Made by a program: the position numbers and the translations under genes
Assembly: GCA_028534125.1 (NCBI GenBank)
Contig: CM052816.1
Coordinates: 30,382,001 to 30,446,000 of the forward strand
Length of the DNA stretch: 64,000 nt
Source: Lama glama
Lineage: Eukaryota
Reading direction: 5' to 3'
Part shown: one piece after another, positions 50,093-62,520 of the stretch
Position numbering within the stretch: the first letter of the stretch is position 1
How the letters are laid out: every line of letters starts with the position of its first letter
The notes under the pieces: model-generated
Database searches by the model: none
What the model was told of the DNA's origin: nothing
The model's input: the letters and a program-made list of their open reading frames with translations, nothing else

Positions 50093-50445
50093 TGTCAGCA
50101 ACCGTGGAGAGTCAGAGATTTTTTACCTTACCTGCAAATAAGTCAGCCTCCCAGAATTTCATTTGTACTGTGAGTTTGTGTGTTTGTGTCGCAGCTGGGG
50201 AACCTCCAATGTAGGAAGTCTTAATCTTTGGAAGAGGTGCAAACGTCTCTATCTTTGCTGCTGAGAGAGATACTATCTTTATTAACCTCAACAGTAAACA
50301 TATTTACCCCCTTAGCTCTAGAGGGAGATATCATCTTTGTCTTCTGAGACTGATACACAAATATCCTTGACAACAAAATTGTCAATGCCTCTGCTCAGAA
50401 GACATGAAGTATGAAATACCTATGAAATATGAAATATCCTGATGA
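50093..50445. mobile_element. Internally deleted LTR (ERVL/ERV1 MER-type) inserted into a MER5A
   Basis: Begins 'tgtcagcaaccgtggagagtcagagattttttaccttacctgcaa'. The MER5A halves lie at about 50058-50092 (tcaaacttgaacctgc...cacctggg) and 50446-50552 (gggatcttgtt...gcctgagattctgcattgctaatgagctcccaggtgatgc). Confidence 0.5.
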
Positions 50446-50964
50446 TGGGATCTTGTTTGAATAAAAATCCTGGTTTAATTAGTTTGGAGTGGTGCCTGAG
50501 ATTCTGCATTGCTAATGAGCTCCCAGGTGATGCCCATTATCCAACAGCAAGGAAATAGTGGGGCACATTTATTGCCATCCGTAACTTAGCCTACTGTCTT
50601 GATTTTAATATGTAGCCAAAAAGCAGTGTATGTGGCTGTGATGATAATGCCCCGAAACAAAACTAGTGCCTCTCCTAAAGTTCAACGGCATACTACAAAT
50701 TAGCTCCCTTCTTCCTCTCCCCCTTCCTCTTTCTCTCTTATACACACACAGTGTGTGTATCTGTGTGTGTATATGTAGTGAAGTTCTAGCCAGTAATATA
50801 CACATATGCACATACATACATACACAGAGACACACACATATGTGTGTGTGTGTCTATACAACACACCTAAATGTAGTAAACTTAGAACATTATATAAAGA
50901 CCATGTACCCCTATCATCATAAGAGCTCTTGGCTATTTAGGTTTTTTAAGGAGAAAATTTTGTG

Positions 50965-51170
50965 CTATGGTAATGCATACAGTCTCCTGGATTCAAATTT
51001 AGATTCTGCCAGTTACTCGATCTGTGAACTTGGGTTATTTACCCTCTTTGTGACTCACTTGCCACAGTTGTAAAACAGGTAGGATGTAATCAGTAGGTGT
51101 CAATTGTGTAGAAGAAAATCTGACCCTTCAGCATATCATGGCTATATAAATATTTGTTGTTGTTATTGCT
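50965..51170 (+). mobile_element. MIR SINE
   Basis: 'cctggattcaaatttagattctgccagttactcgatctgtgaacttgggtt...gttgtaaaacagg'. Confidence 0.65.
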
Positions 51171-51947
51171 AGATCTGCTAACAGTCTTTTTGGGTTGACA
51201 TATTCCTTGAAACCCAATTATGAAGTGGATTGGCAAAAGAACATGCTCTGTAATGGAGCCATACTAAAAGTTTGTGATTTTAAGAATTTGTCATCAAGTA
51301 AATTATAATTTTCATCAGTATGATGTATTATTAAAGACCCAGTAGCTATAAACTTCTAGCCATTATAAAAGTAAGAATTGTGCTCTGGTTTATGAAATGT
51401 GGATATATAGTAAATGAAATTTCACAGATTAAATACACAGTTAAGGTACCTTCAGGACCATACCTTACAAATACTATATATACACATACCTGTAATACAT
51501 ATGATTGTTCTAGTCATAAGATTGATCAGAAGTTAATATACCTTTGACCCATCAAGTTAAATACATATTTAATTAATAGTTTTATTCTTCCCTTTAATTT
51601 AGAAGATCTTTCTGTACCATTCATTTCAACTTAGCAGCTATAAATGAATGCCCATCATTTGGTCATGATATTAGTAAGCGGTAGGCTATAGAATCGAGTA
51701 AGGTCTAGCCTTTAATGACCTCACAACTAATGGAGAAAAAATGGGCTCATAATACAGTTATTTTATTATTATAACTATAATATAAGAACACTCAGAAAAC
51801 CAATCAAGGGTCAATAACTTTGGCTTCGTAAAACATGACGTATATCAGAATTTGAAGTAACTGTGGCTCTCTTTCCTCTCAGTAACATTCTCTAAAGGAA
51901 GTGGGCATTTCCCTTTTCCCATTTGTTCTGTATAATTTGCAAACGTG

Positions 51948-52170
51948 GCATTCATTCATCGATTCAAAATAATTTGCTAACTATTCTACTGTGTGCCAGG
52001 TATATCTGTAGGAGGTACCAAGGCTGAAAAAATAGAAACAAAAATAAAACAAAATTATAGTCTGTGGCCTCGCAGAATCCACAATGAGAGGGCAAGGAAG
52101 ACAGACAACTAGTTGCAATAAAGTTTGATGCATCTGTGACAGAAGCAATGCACAGGAGGCTGTGAAAGTG
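51948..52170 (-). mobile_element. L2 3' tail
   Basis: 'cattcattcatcgattcaaaataatttgctaac...ctactgtgtgccagg'. Confidence 0.6.
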
Positions 52171-52469
52171 TGCCTTTTAGACCATGACAAGTGCTGCTGC
52201 TGGTGTTTCATTTCATTTTATTTTTGAGGTGTGAGAAAGATTGTAACTATGTTTGCATTTATTATATATGTTACGTTAATTTCAGTAGCTGTCTATTCCT
52301 GTCCATTGCTCCCTTTAGTTCCTATTGAATTAGTCATCTCTTCCTACTGATTTCCAAGGTATTTACCTTGATGACTGTGCAGTGTCATTGAAGGGCTGAA
52401 GGAGGGAGATAGGGATAGAGTTTATGGGTAGACTTGATTTTTTAATAACTTATCATTATTTTATCATGT

Positions 52470-53180
52470 TTTCTTCTGCTCCAAATGGATGCTTGTTAAG
52501 CAGTACAGAGGTATTGAGTAAGACACAAAATCCCCTTCTGTCTGACCCCTAGCAGTCCCACTCTTCAGACTCAAGAACTCTTAAATAATTTGGGGTGTGT
52601 TTCCAGAATTTTTACAGGCCTAACCAAGTATATACAGAGACATAAATATGTAAGGCCAACTCATAACTTTTTAGTAACAATGGCATCAGTCTGTTTGCTT
52701 TTATTACTTGATGAAATGTCTTTGATAGTTCTTCACTAATCACTACATGTAGATGTATCTAATTCATGCCAATCTGTTGATATTAAGCATCAATGATTTG
52801 TACATATAAATAACACTGAACATGTTTGTTACTTCTATAGAATGGATTTTTGGAAATGAAATTGCTGGCTTAAAAAATATATACATCTAAAATTTTGTTA
52901 GATACCACCAAAATATCTTCCCAAAAAGACAGGAGAACTTTATACTCCCAACAAAAATGTATGAAGTTTCTCCTTAACACCCGTATTTAACACTGTCTAC
53001 AATAAACTTTCTTTTTCTTAACTGGGAGATAAAAATTGATATTGCAGAATTTTGATGTGCTTTTCTTTAAATAATTGTGTTGGTTATTTTAAGGTTTGTG
53101 AAGGATGTGTATACTTGTGGATATGTGTTTGCATATTGCCTGTTTATATCCTTACCCCATTTAAAAAACTGGGCTGTTTA
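52470..53180 (-). mobile_element. Very old L1ME fragment
   Basis: 'gaaatgaaattgctggcttaaaa...tttgttagataccaccaaa...tttatactcccaacaaaaatgtatgaag...cctgtttatatccttaccccattt'. Confidence 0.7.
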
Positions 53181-54842
53181 TGTTTTTTTTTTTTTTTTTT
53201 TTACATTTTTAACTTATTTATCTGTATTAGTGACCATCCATGTAAGCAGCCTGGAGTCCTTCAAAAAGCCATAGATGCTTTAGGGGATGGAATTAAGTTT
53301 TATCAATGTTGTTTTACAGATAAGGAGACTTAGAGCTAGAGAACTTTGGTAAGAAAGAGGGGAAGGTCACACAAGCTGATGGCTAAAGGTAATGACAACA
53401 TTCTTCCATTTTCCACAGATAATTAATGCTCCATTCATTCAGTGGAGAACATCACTGAAAAATGATAAAGTTGAAACTTACTTACCTTTTAAAGCTCAGT
53501 AGGATGTTGTTTTTTCTTTTTTTTACATTTTGAGTACTTTATAGTTAGATATTTAAACTTGATTCTTTCCATCCATCTGTGCAGCTTTCATACTGAAATG
53601 CACAAGATTAGCAAAACACATCAAAGATATTTAAAGGTATCGCTTAGGCTGTGACCTTTGAAGAGATAAATAGATCATTTTTATGTATCCTGGTCTTAGA
53701 TAACTGTCTCTTCCGAAATAAAGTTCTGCATCTTTCGGGTTTGTTAAAGCAGTTAATTCAAGGCTATTAGCAACTTTCAGAATGAAAGATTATGCCTGTT
53801 CTGATTTGCTCATTAGACGCACTTCCTCTGGAAAATCATGAGCAGTATAAACTATTTTCAAGACAATGAAAAAGTGTAACTGTAAATATAATGCATACTG
53901 AGAATCATATAAAGACATATAAATAGATGTATTATTCTAGAGTGTTTGGCAGAGATGAATTTAAATATAGAACTTCAAAACAAGCCACCTAATAAGAAAA
54001 TAACCTTTACAAAATATATTTAGAAATTGAAATGTCTTGTGAGAGATTTAGCTTCACTAACGCTTTGTGAAGCAGCTGTTTTAGACGCAGAGCTCCATTG
54101 ATTGATATGATTCTCTTTTTAATGATACCAACTATACAAACTGATTTTAAGTTCTCAGAAGAACTTTAATAAAATCTATTATATGAATCACCTTATAGAT
54201 GGAGGTATTTCTGGTCTACTCTTGGAAAGTTTATCTTAACCTGCTCCTCAAGAAATGATGATAAGCTTGAAGAAATATATTCACATGATCAAAATATGAT
54301 GCCATTTAACGAAATAGGCCATCATATTTTTGAAAAAGTATCAGTATTTTTGAAGAAGTGAGATCATTTACTAAAAAGAGCTTTTACTAATTTAAAGCAG
54401 TAGGTTGACTGTGTATTTTATTTTCAATATTTCTTTTAAAAGAGATGTAAATAATGTTTTAATGCATATACAGAAAAGTGAAGATAAAACCTTGTTTTTC
54501 TTATTCCTGGTTTGAAATGAAGTTCTATTTTATGAAAACAGTATATGCCCGCTTTGAGCTGATTCATGCAGAAAATATTATAATGGCTTATATCAAATGG
54601 AGAGAGTTCATTGGAATCTCAATTTTTAATTTGAATTCCTGAGGTTACTCTAATCAAAACAAAGCTGAAAAATACCACTATGCAATTTCGCTGGCCGGAG
54701 TGACAAAATTACTTTCATCATTATTTGTTTTCATTAGTTAATGTAGCACAAAGGAGAGTTTAGAAGAACACATAATTCCAAGGTAACTTTAAAACACCAA
54801 ACATTAGTTTTGGTGCCTACTCTTTGGGTGTTGTTCAGTTAG

Positions 54843-55250
54843 ATGGTGGTGCAGCATAGAGGGGGCAGGGCAATGAAGTATGGTGCTTTAGATGAGTGCG
54901 TCTCAAACTTTAATATTCTTATGAATCCTCCCGGAGCAAGTCTTCAGGGGCAGAGGCTGAGGATCTTTAATTCTAACAAGCTTCCAGGAGATGCTGACAC
55001 TGCTGGCTTGTGGACTACACTTTGAGTGGCAAAGCTTTGGATCACTTTTTAGTTTGGAGTCAAACTACGCAACATAACACTTGCCCAAATTGGAACCTGG
55101 TTGAATAACACTGTGCTTCAGTTTTCTAATCTGTGGAATGGGATCTTGACGAATTTACCTCATAAGGTTATTGTGAGCATTACATGAGTGAATACACAAA
55201 AAGCCCTTTTAATAATCCCTGATATATAGTAGGAGTTCTTAATGCTATCA
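54843..55250 (+). mobile_element. MIR interrupted by an internally deleted MER5A (about 54893-55036)
   Basis: MER5A part: 'tctcaaacttt...ttctaacaagcttccaggagatgctgacactgctggcttgtggactacactttgagtggcaa'. The MIR core 'ctgtgcttcagttttctaatctgtggaatggg...tacctcataaggttattgtgagcatta' follows. Confidence 0.7.
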
Positions 55251-55710
55251 TTTTAATTTTTATTCCTAATGGAGAAAAATATGTTGCGATAGGGATATAG
55301 AAATCATCATCAGAGCTTTTAGAAGTAATCTGAGCAAAGACCTGTGTTTTACAGGCTCAGGATTCAGACTGGTTAAGTGACAGGGGAAGCTGCATACATT
55401 AGTCTCCTGGTGTACATACTGGTGCTTTTGCCTGGTACACATACCAGTACTTTTAACTCCACGTGTTTCAAATGTTTTTTGAGAAATTCACCAAGTTAGC
55501 TACAACAGAGATGTCTAAAAACAAACAAAAATTACTGAAAGGCAAATCATACACTTTGTCAGCTAGAAACCCCAGATTCCCTTCAAAGTGATGTCATAGC
55601 AATTTGCTGTTACGCTACTCTTTGCTATAATAGCGATGCATTCCTACCCTCAAAAGTATAAGCAATATCTCTGCCGCTGAACTTTCTTTGAGGAGGATAC
55701 AGAACTAAAA

Positions 55711-55732
55711 TATATATATATATATATATATA
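55711..55732. repeat. (TA)n microsatellite
   Basis: 11 TA units. Confidence 0.95.
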
Positions 55733-56008
55733 GGATGGATGAGTATTAATTCAGCCTTCTGCAGCCCATGCACTGTTAGTCCTTGCTTACAAGAATGTTG
55801 TTGAACATGAGTGATGTATGCATGGCATGATGGGAAAAGTGGGTTAGGAAAAATCGTAACTTCTCTGCAGCCAGCGGATGCCACTCTGGCTCTGGAATGT
55901 ATCATGCCACTGCTGGGATAAGCATTTGTGTCCAGTCCCTGAATAAGTCTACAGACTATAAAGAACAAAAGCTGCTTCTTGTTTTCTCTTGTTCCTTTTT
56001 AATAGCAG

Positions 56009-56031
56009 GTGGTGTTTGCTCTGCAGGGAAG
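56009..56031 (+). other. Candidate 23/26-nt micro-exon
   Basis: Strong pyrimidine tract at 55974-56000, NAGNAG acceptor (tag|cag|) and donor AAG|gtaatt. Confidence 0.2.
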
Positions 56032-56094
56032 GTAATTGTAGCTATGTTCCTATCCTAGGGAGTTTTCTTCTCTATAGCCTGGATAACTGGATAA

Positions 56095-56700
56095 TGATTT
56101 GACAGTTAGTAAATAAGTATCATGGGTCAGGTACTGTATTTGGCATTGAGGAAGGTGTACATATAGATAAAGCAAAGCTCAGTTTCCAAGGAACTCATAA
56201 TCTAGAAGAGAGTATAATGCTGCTCACACATAGTTACAGTCCAAGGAACAATGAGATGACTAGTGCAAACGAAATATTGCTCGTATTCTGAGAAGGGATT
56301 CATTTTTTCAGTGGAATCTCCTAGAAGGAAGCTCTGCTTAGAAGATTAAAAAGAGTTTTAATATTCAAGCAGGGAGGGACTTATGAGATAGCAGTGTAAG
56401 TTGAAAAGAGCAAACCCTGGGCAAGTTCTGGCCACATAGACATTCACATTTGGCTTCAATATAAATTGTACAGTTGATAACCTTGGGAGAAGAGGGTGTT
56501 TTAGGACTAGGTCATAAGGAACTTTGTTGTGCTAAAGAATTTGGACTGTTTTTCTTCTAACGGAAATGGGGAGACCTTGAAGGGTTTTACACACAAAAAA
56601 GTGACATATCAGAATTGTGCCTTCTGGCCACGCCATGATGAACTGGTGAATCTGGGACAAAGATCAGTGAAAATACAAGAGGGAAAGTCAGGATAATCTG
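56095..56700 (-). mobile_element. L2 LINE fragment
   Basis: 'tcaggtactgtatttggcattgagg...caaggaactcataatctag...gctaaagaatttggact...ggaaatggggagaccttgaagggtttta...gtgacatatcaga'. Confidence 0.7.
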
Positions 56701-57224
56701 TGGCTGTAGGCGTCTTCCTGCTTGATGATGTGTCAGAAGCCTGAGACTAAATAACCCTTTGTAACTGTATAAATCTGCTTTCCATGTAACCTTGATGTCA
56801 TATCTATTAAACTCTATGATTAAAATCTATTTTCCACTCTGTCAGCACAATAGAGTAAATACGTAGCCATAGAAGCTGTGTTATGAGCACCATCTGAAAA
56901 AAAAGTTATGCTGTATTCTGAATCCAGACAGGAGCTTGACTCTTGGTCGAATTTAAGAATAAAGAGCATTGGCTTTGCCAGGAGACATTGTTTCTAGTGG
57001 TAACAACTGTTAATGAATCAAAATGGATGGAAGCCAGAGGGGAGATGGAAAACAAATAAAACAGTGAGAAGTTTTTAAGATTTAAGGAACAATTAGTGCA
57101 TTGAAAGGATAGTATGTTTTTGTATCTTGTACCTAATATTAACCTAAATTATAGAAAATCTTTGTTTATGTGTTTTAAATTTGGCATCAGAGAAATTTGC
57201 AATGACATCTTGATGTATCGCCAA

Positions 57225-57420
57225 AAACCATTCGGGGATATCTTCCAAGTAGTCCTCAAAACAGTTCTATTTCATTGTTGTTATTAACTTCCATGTCGCA
57301 GATAAGGAAACAGTCCTGAAGAGATAAGATGAGTTCCCCATGTTCATCCAGTTAGCAAATAGCAGAGCCAAAACTAGAACCAAGATTGATGGGATCTTTA
57401 TCCGTACTTAAGTGTTTGCT
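57225..57420 (-). mobile_element. MIR SINE
   Basis: 'gcagataaggaaacagtcctgaagaga...cccatgttcatccagttagcaaatagcagagccaaaactagaacc'. Confidence 0.65.
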
Positions 57421-57499
57421 CATGTTGCCTCAAGTTCCATTAATCTCTTTTATAAAAGAATCATAAAGTCAGGTTATTTCTTTTTCCAGGTATCTTTTA

Positions 57500-57976
57500 C
57501 CTTCTTTTTTTCTTTTTCTTTTTTTGACATGTAGTTGATTTACAATGTTAGTTTCAGGTGTACAGCAAAGCAGTTCAGTTATACATATACATATTTATAT
57601 AATTCTTTCGAATTCTTTTCAATTATATGTTATTACAAGAAATTGAATATACTTCCCCATGTTATACAGTGGATCCTTTTTGTTTATCTGTTTCATATGT
57701 AGTAATTTGTATCTGTTAATCCCAGATTCCTAATTTATGCCTCCCCCTCTGTTTTCTCTTTGGTAACCATAGTTTGTTTTCTATTTCTGTGAATCTGTTT
57801 TTGGTTTGTAAAAAAATCTGTATCATTTTTTTTAGATTCCATGTAAGAGTGATATCATATGATATTTGTCTTTTTCTGTCAGACTTACCTCACTTAATAT
57901 AATAATCTGTAGGTCAATCCATGTTGCTGCAAATGGCATTATTTCATTCTTTTTTATGGCTGAACAGTATTCCATA
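57500..57976 (-). mobile_element. LINE-1 3' end (last ORF2 codons, 3'UTR, A tail)
   Basis: The minus ORF includes MEYCSAIKKNEIMPFAATWIDLQIIILSEVSLTEKDKYHMISL. A T-rich tail lies at 57500-57525. Confidence 0.92.
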
Positions 57977-58414
57977 ATTAGGGTTATTTCAGTCATTGAA
58001 TTTGAAGTCAGAATACCCAAATTTGTGTTTGGACTGTGTTCCTGAACTAACTTGGTGTGATCATATATGAATTGCTCGTTATTTTTGGACGTCATTGTAA
58101 GACCGTGGTATTTGTTACCTGCCTGTGGATATTGCTAAATCTACTGGAAAACTCCATGTGAACTCACCTTGCAATTTTGAAGCAATATGTAAATTAAGTT
58201 CAATATTACATAAATAATATCCATGTCTAATATTTCATTAAGCATTAATGATGATGGTAATAATATTCATTGGCTGGGCTTTGTGAAGTTTTTATCTTGC
58301 TCTTAGTGTGTTCGTATTGGTGCTTGTGTTTAAATGAACAGAGTTCTTTCTATCTGTCCAGAATACACAGTGTCAATTGAGAGTCAGAAAACCAGGTGTA
58401 AATGGTACATGAGA

Positions 58415-58645
58415 AGCAGTTTGGGATAATGATAGACATTTGGTTTTTAAGTCCCACAGACCAGCTTCGATTTTTCAGCCCAGACACCTCTGGCTGTACT
58501 TATATAGATCAATGACTTTACTTGAAATATTTCCATACTTACAAAATGAGGATATTAAAACATGTAGTTAAAGTTATTATGAGGATCTCAGGTCCCGTAC
58601 ATAAAAGACATGGTAAATAGTGAAAGGCAGGTACGACTATAGTTA
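58415..58645 (+). mobile_element. MIR SINE
   Basis: 'cacagaccagcttcgat...tttccatacttacaaaatgaggatatt...gttattatgaggat'. Confidence 0.5.
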
Positions 58646-59119
58646 TTAAACTAATTTTCCATTTGATTCCATTGTGTAGGTGAAAACTTCACATTGACAT
58701 GACAGAGGAGACAGCCTTGCTAAATAACATTTTATTTTCCTTTTGAATTTAGTGACAACAACAAAGAAGTTGATCACCGGGGGCTGAAAATCATGAAGTC
58801 CACATTCTCAGTCATTTCTTGATCCCGACTGTTTAGTCAGTGCTGAGTAACGTGAAATGATATGTTGGCCAAAAAAAAAAGGGCAATGTGCCAATGTGAC
58901 TGAGGTGCTTACTTCAAAATAATCTTATATTTAGGTGCATAAATGGTGAGATTTTTTGAGATCACATGTACATAGAAAGTTTGCATATTAGTTCATTTGT
59001 AGTCCCTAACATGATTCATACTCTCTCAAAAATAATGCCAAAGAAAGTAACTAGCAATGAAACTATACTGAAAGATAATCTTCCTTTGATGATTGCTCAT
59101 ATAGGATCTGAAGTTCAAA

Positions 59120-59312
59120 AAAATAATCTGTGGTCAGACCACTCAGTTTTATTCTCGCTTTTACTCTGCCAGCTGTGTGAGGTTAGATAATTTGACTTGA
59201 AATTTCAGCTTCTTCATCTGGTTAAAAAACAAAAATAAGGAAGGGCTAACAGCTACCTCCAAAGGTTGTAGAGATTAGTAAGAACATTTAGGTAAAGTAT
59301 ACAATACAGTGC
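59120..59312 (+). mobile_element. MIR SINE
   Basis: 'ggtcagacc...gccagctgtgtgagg...ttcagcttcttcatctggttaaaa...ctacctccaaaggttgtagagatta'. Confidence 0.6.
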
Positions 59313-60654
59313 TCTCCCCCAATGCCATTATTCCTACCACAGTCAGAAGCATCAGCCGTCAGTGTCATCCTGTAGGAGACACTGGACACTGGGCTGACCC
59401 TGCCCTGACTTGAAGATTCCTTTGTGTGCAACGCATAGTCATCACTTACTTGCTTGCCAGTTTTAAAATTTTTCCAGAATAGAATGCATTATGGTTATTT
59501 GAAATTTCTGGTTCTTTGAGTACAACCTGATGACAGTTTTCTATTTCTGTCTATAAATGCCTTAGTCTAATTTCAATACCAAATTTAGAATATTTAACTA
59601 ATTGAAACCAATTTACAAAAACAGAATCCGCTTCCAGCTTTTGAGAGAGACCCATGATTTTTCGCCTCTGGTTTGTCTGCATGCCAGAGTGCACACTTCC
59701 TTGGGCAAATTTCATTTTTCCCTTGAAAATCCATAGGCATAAATTTGCAAGCTGCTTTCAAAATTTTGCTTCATTACACGTAATCCTTTTTGGAATCATA
59801 CGAAACTATTTGCTTCAATAATTTCCTTTGGGAACTAGTTCCATGCGTTAACTCAGCTTTATGCAGAGAAGTTTTTCTTTTTATCTCTTCTTAGTTTCTT
59901 ATTTTTTAATGCTACTGGATCCTACTGAAACAGAGCATCTAAATTATATTCTCTGTACCACTCACTTAAAGTTATAAGAAAACCTGTGTGATTGATGAGG
60001 CAAATGTATATACTGATATCTGCATTACTTTTTTATTGTCACTAAGCTCATTATATATACTGTTTAAACTGTACAGTAATTCCATCTAGGAGGCACTGCA
60101 CCATGTATCATAAGCAGTGGGGGGAAATACACCTGCACTGGCCATCCTGCCTTTAGGGAGTGTACAGTTAAACTGAAAAACAATATAAACGCATCAAATG
60201 ATTTAGGATTCTTAGCAGAGGAGGCATTCCAGGAGTGCACCTGTTTTCCAGGTAAGAGAGCTTTGCTCGAGGCCAAATGTCTGAATTCAGCTTTCCTCTT
60301 GCTTTGAACAGGACGGGGGGGTCAGGAATCAGGTGTGGAAGGAGGAGGCATAATTTAAAGTGCTTTGTGGCCTGTAGTTAGTAAATATTGATATTCTGTT
60401 AAAATATTAAGAGAACATGTAGGAGCAGCACAAATAGTCTACAGCATATTCACAAATTGGACACCAAGTCTTGTTTGTAGGTTTGTTTGGAGTATGGAAT
60501 GGACTTGACATAATAATGATTTAAGAAATAGTCACTAGAATGTAGTTCAATTAAATACATCTTTAAGGAGCACATACTATGTATCAGGCTCGAGTGTCCT
60601 GCTCACTAAGTGGGGACGTGACCTCTGACTTCATGTACTTTACAACATACCTGT

Positions 60655-60900
60655 TAATAATAGTAATAATAATAATAACCACCACCACCATTTTCTGAGA
60701 GTTTATGCTAAATACTATTCTAAATGTTACGTGTACATTACCTCATTCATCCTTCACAAGTGCTCAATTAAGCGAATACAGTTGTTACACTCAATTTATA
60801 AATGAGGAATCAAGGTTTACAGATGTTTAGTGTCTTGCTAGAATTCAGAAAGCCAGAGAGTGGCAGAGTCCTTGTTGGAAGCCAGCCCTCCACACCTCAG
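60655..60900 (-). mobile_element. MIR SINE
   Basis: 'tacattacctcattcatccttcacaa...atttataaatgaggaatcaaggtttacagatgtt...gagtggcagag'. Confidence 0.7.
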
Positions 60901-62389
60901 TAAATGGTGCTCCTGTCTGCCTTCGGTTCTCACTTTTATACGACACTACTGGCTGGATGTATGTAGGCTGAGTGTCTAATTACAATGTACAGCACTGCTT
61001 TCTTCGTCAATGTCCCTCAGAATGTCACTAATATATTTGCTCCACCCTTCTGGAAGTTAGCAGTGACTCCTTCCAACCTCATGCCTAAAAATGAGCCCTG
61101 CTGGCCTCTGTGCCAAGAGTGATGGCAAGAGCAGGCATGCCGGTGGAAGTGGGTGAAAGGTGTGGTAAGTGCCCACCTGAGGTCAGCACTTTTTACCCTG
61201 AAGGGAAGTTTGCCACCCAGATCCAGGTGGATGAAAAGAGTCTGAAGCCCCAGACATGGATTCTCTCAGCTACCTACTCCATGTGCACCTTCTTAAGGGA
61301 GGAAATTGTAAATGGGAAGGAGTTCCAAGGAAGAAGTGGCTAACTAATGAGAAAATAAAATGGGTGGAAATTAGGAAAATATGCTAGGAATCCTTCGAAC
61401 AGCAAATTTTAAAACAAAGCAAAACAAAATACTTTCCTAAAAATATTCCTCAAAGTTAGATGGATTTGTATTTTTTTATGAAGACTTCCACAAGTGAAAA
61501 TCTCATGGCTTCTTAATTTTGACTCAGATCTGAGGTGTTTAAAGAGGACAAGCCAGATATGATGGGATAGAGTCCAAGAGATTACCTTGTTACCTGCATG
61601 CAGATGATTGCCTGACGATGGGCTCTTGTCGCTCAGGAGTGCTGTAAACCTCTGTGCTGGAAGCTTCATGGGTTGAATTGGGTAGAAGAGTTGGTGAAGC
61701 AAACCTTGATGACTGCATACATTTTCAACTAGCAGAACAACTGTGAATATTTTCCTGATGAGGGAGGGAGGGAGTCGGCTAATCTGTGGAACCTTTTTAT
61801 TTGTCTCTAGATTATGCAAACCTATGATTCTGTCATTAGAAATTGCCTGAATAATTACTAAAACATAAAAGTTGCACCATGATTAAAACATGAAATATAC
61901 AGGATGTTTATCAGAAAATTGTCATGATCTCTTTGAACTTAAAATTCCACAAGAGTAGATTCTTTTGAGATTACCTCCTGGGGAAAGCATGACTGTCTAA
62001 TCATAATAACGGTCTTCTTCTCTCTGTTTACAAAATTGACTGATGTGGTTTCCAGAAAATCAGAAAATTCAGAAGTTGAGAAAAAGCCAAAAAAAAAAAA
62101 AAGTGGAAAGTTGGTAAAATGTCCTAAGCTTTTTAACTTCGTTTTTTCTTAATCTCACTGTCTGAATTTGAAGTTGTTGTAGGCATTCTTTTGTTGTTGT
62201 TGTTATAATGTTTTGTGTTAACCTAACACGAATAAATTATCTAAAAGAAAAGACCAAAATAATAAGAAAAAAATTTAAATGAATAAACCATTTGGTGATT
62301 TAAACATTGAAAATCCAGAGTTCATACCAGTTAGATTCATCTCTGCAAAATTGCTTCAGAGTTGAAAGCTCATGGGATTATAAAACTGG

Positions 62390-62520
62390 AGTCTCTTGGA
62401 GATTATTCTAAGTGGCTTATTTTGACAAATGAGAAAATTAAAACATTATGACTTACCAGGTGATACAAGTTGGCAAAACTGTTACTGGAGCCAATTATTA
62501 GAAATCTCAGTTTATCGTTC
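62390..62520 (-). mobile_element. MIR fragment
   Basis: 'attttgacaaatgagaaaattaaaac...tgacttaccaggtgatacaag'. Confidence 0.5.

Noticed and set aside
7924..61527. About 12 AP-1 sites (TGASTCA) across the window
   Set aside because: The rough chance expectation for 64 kb at this composition is about 8, so they are not clearly enriched and they are not clustered.
61409..61819. 136-aa minus ORF and other 100-135 aa ORFs in the track
   Set aside because: Many have non-ATG starts or low-complexity or repeat-derived content, and none has a recognisable motif. They are consistent with chance ORFs.
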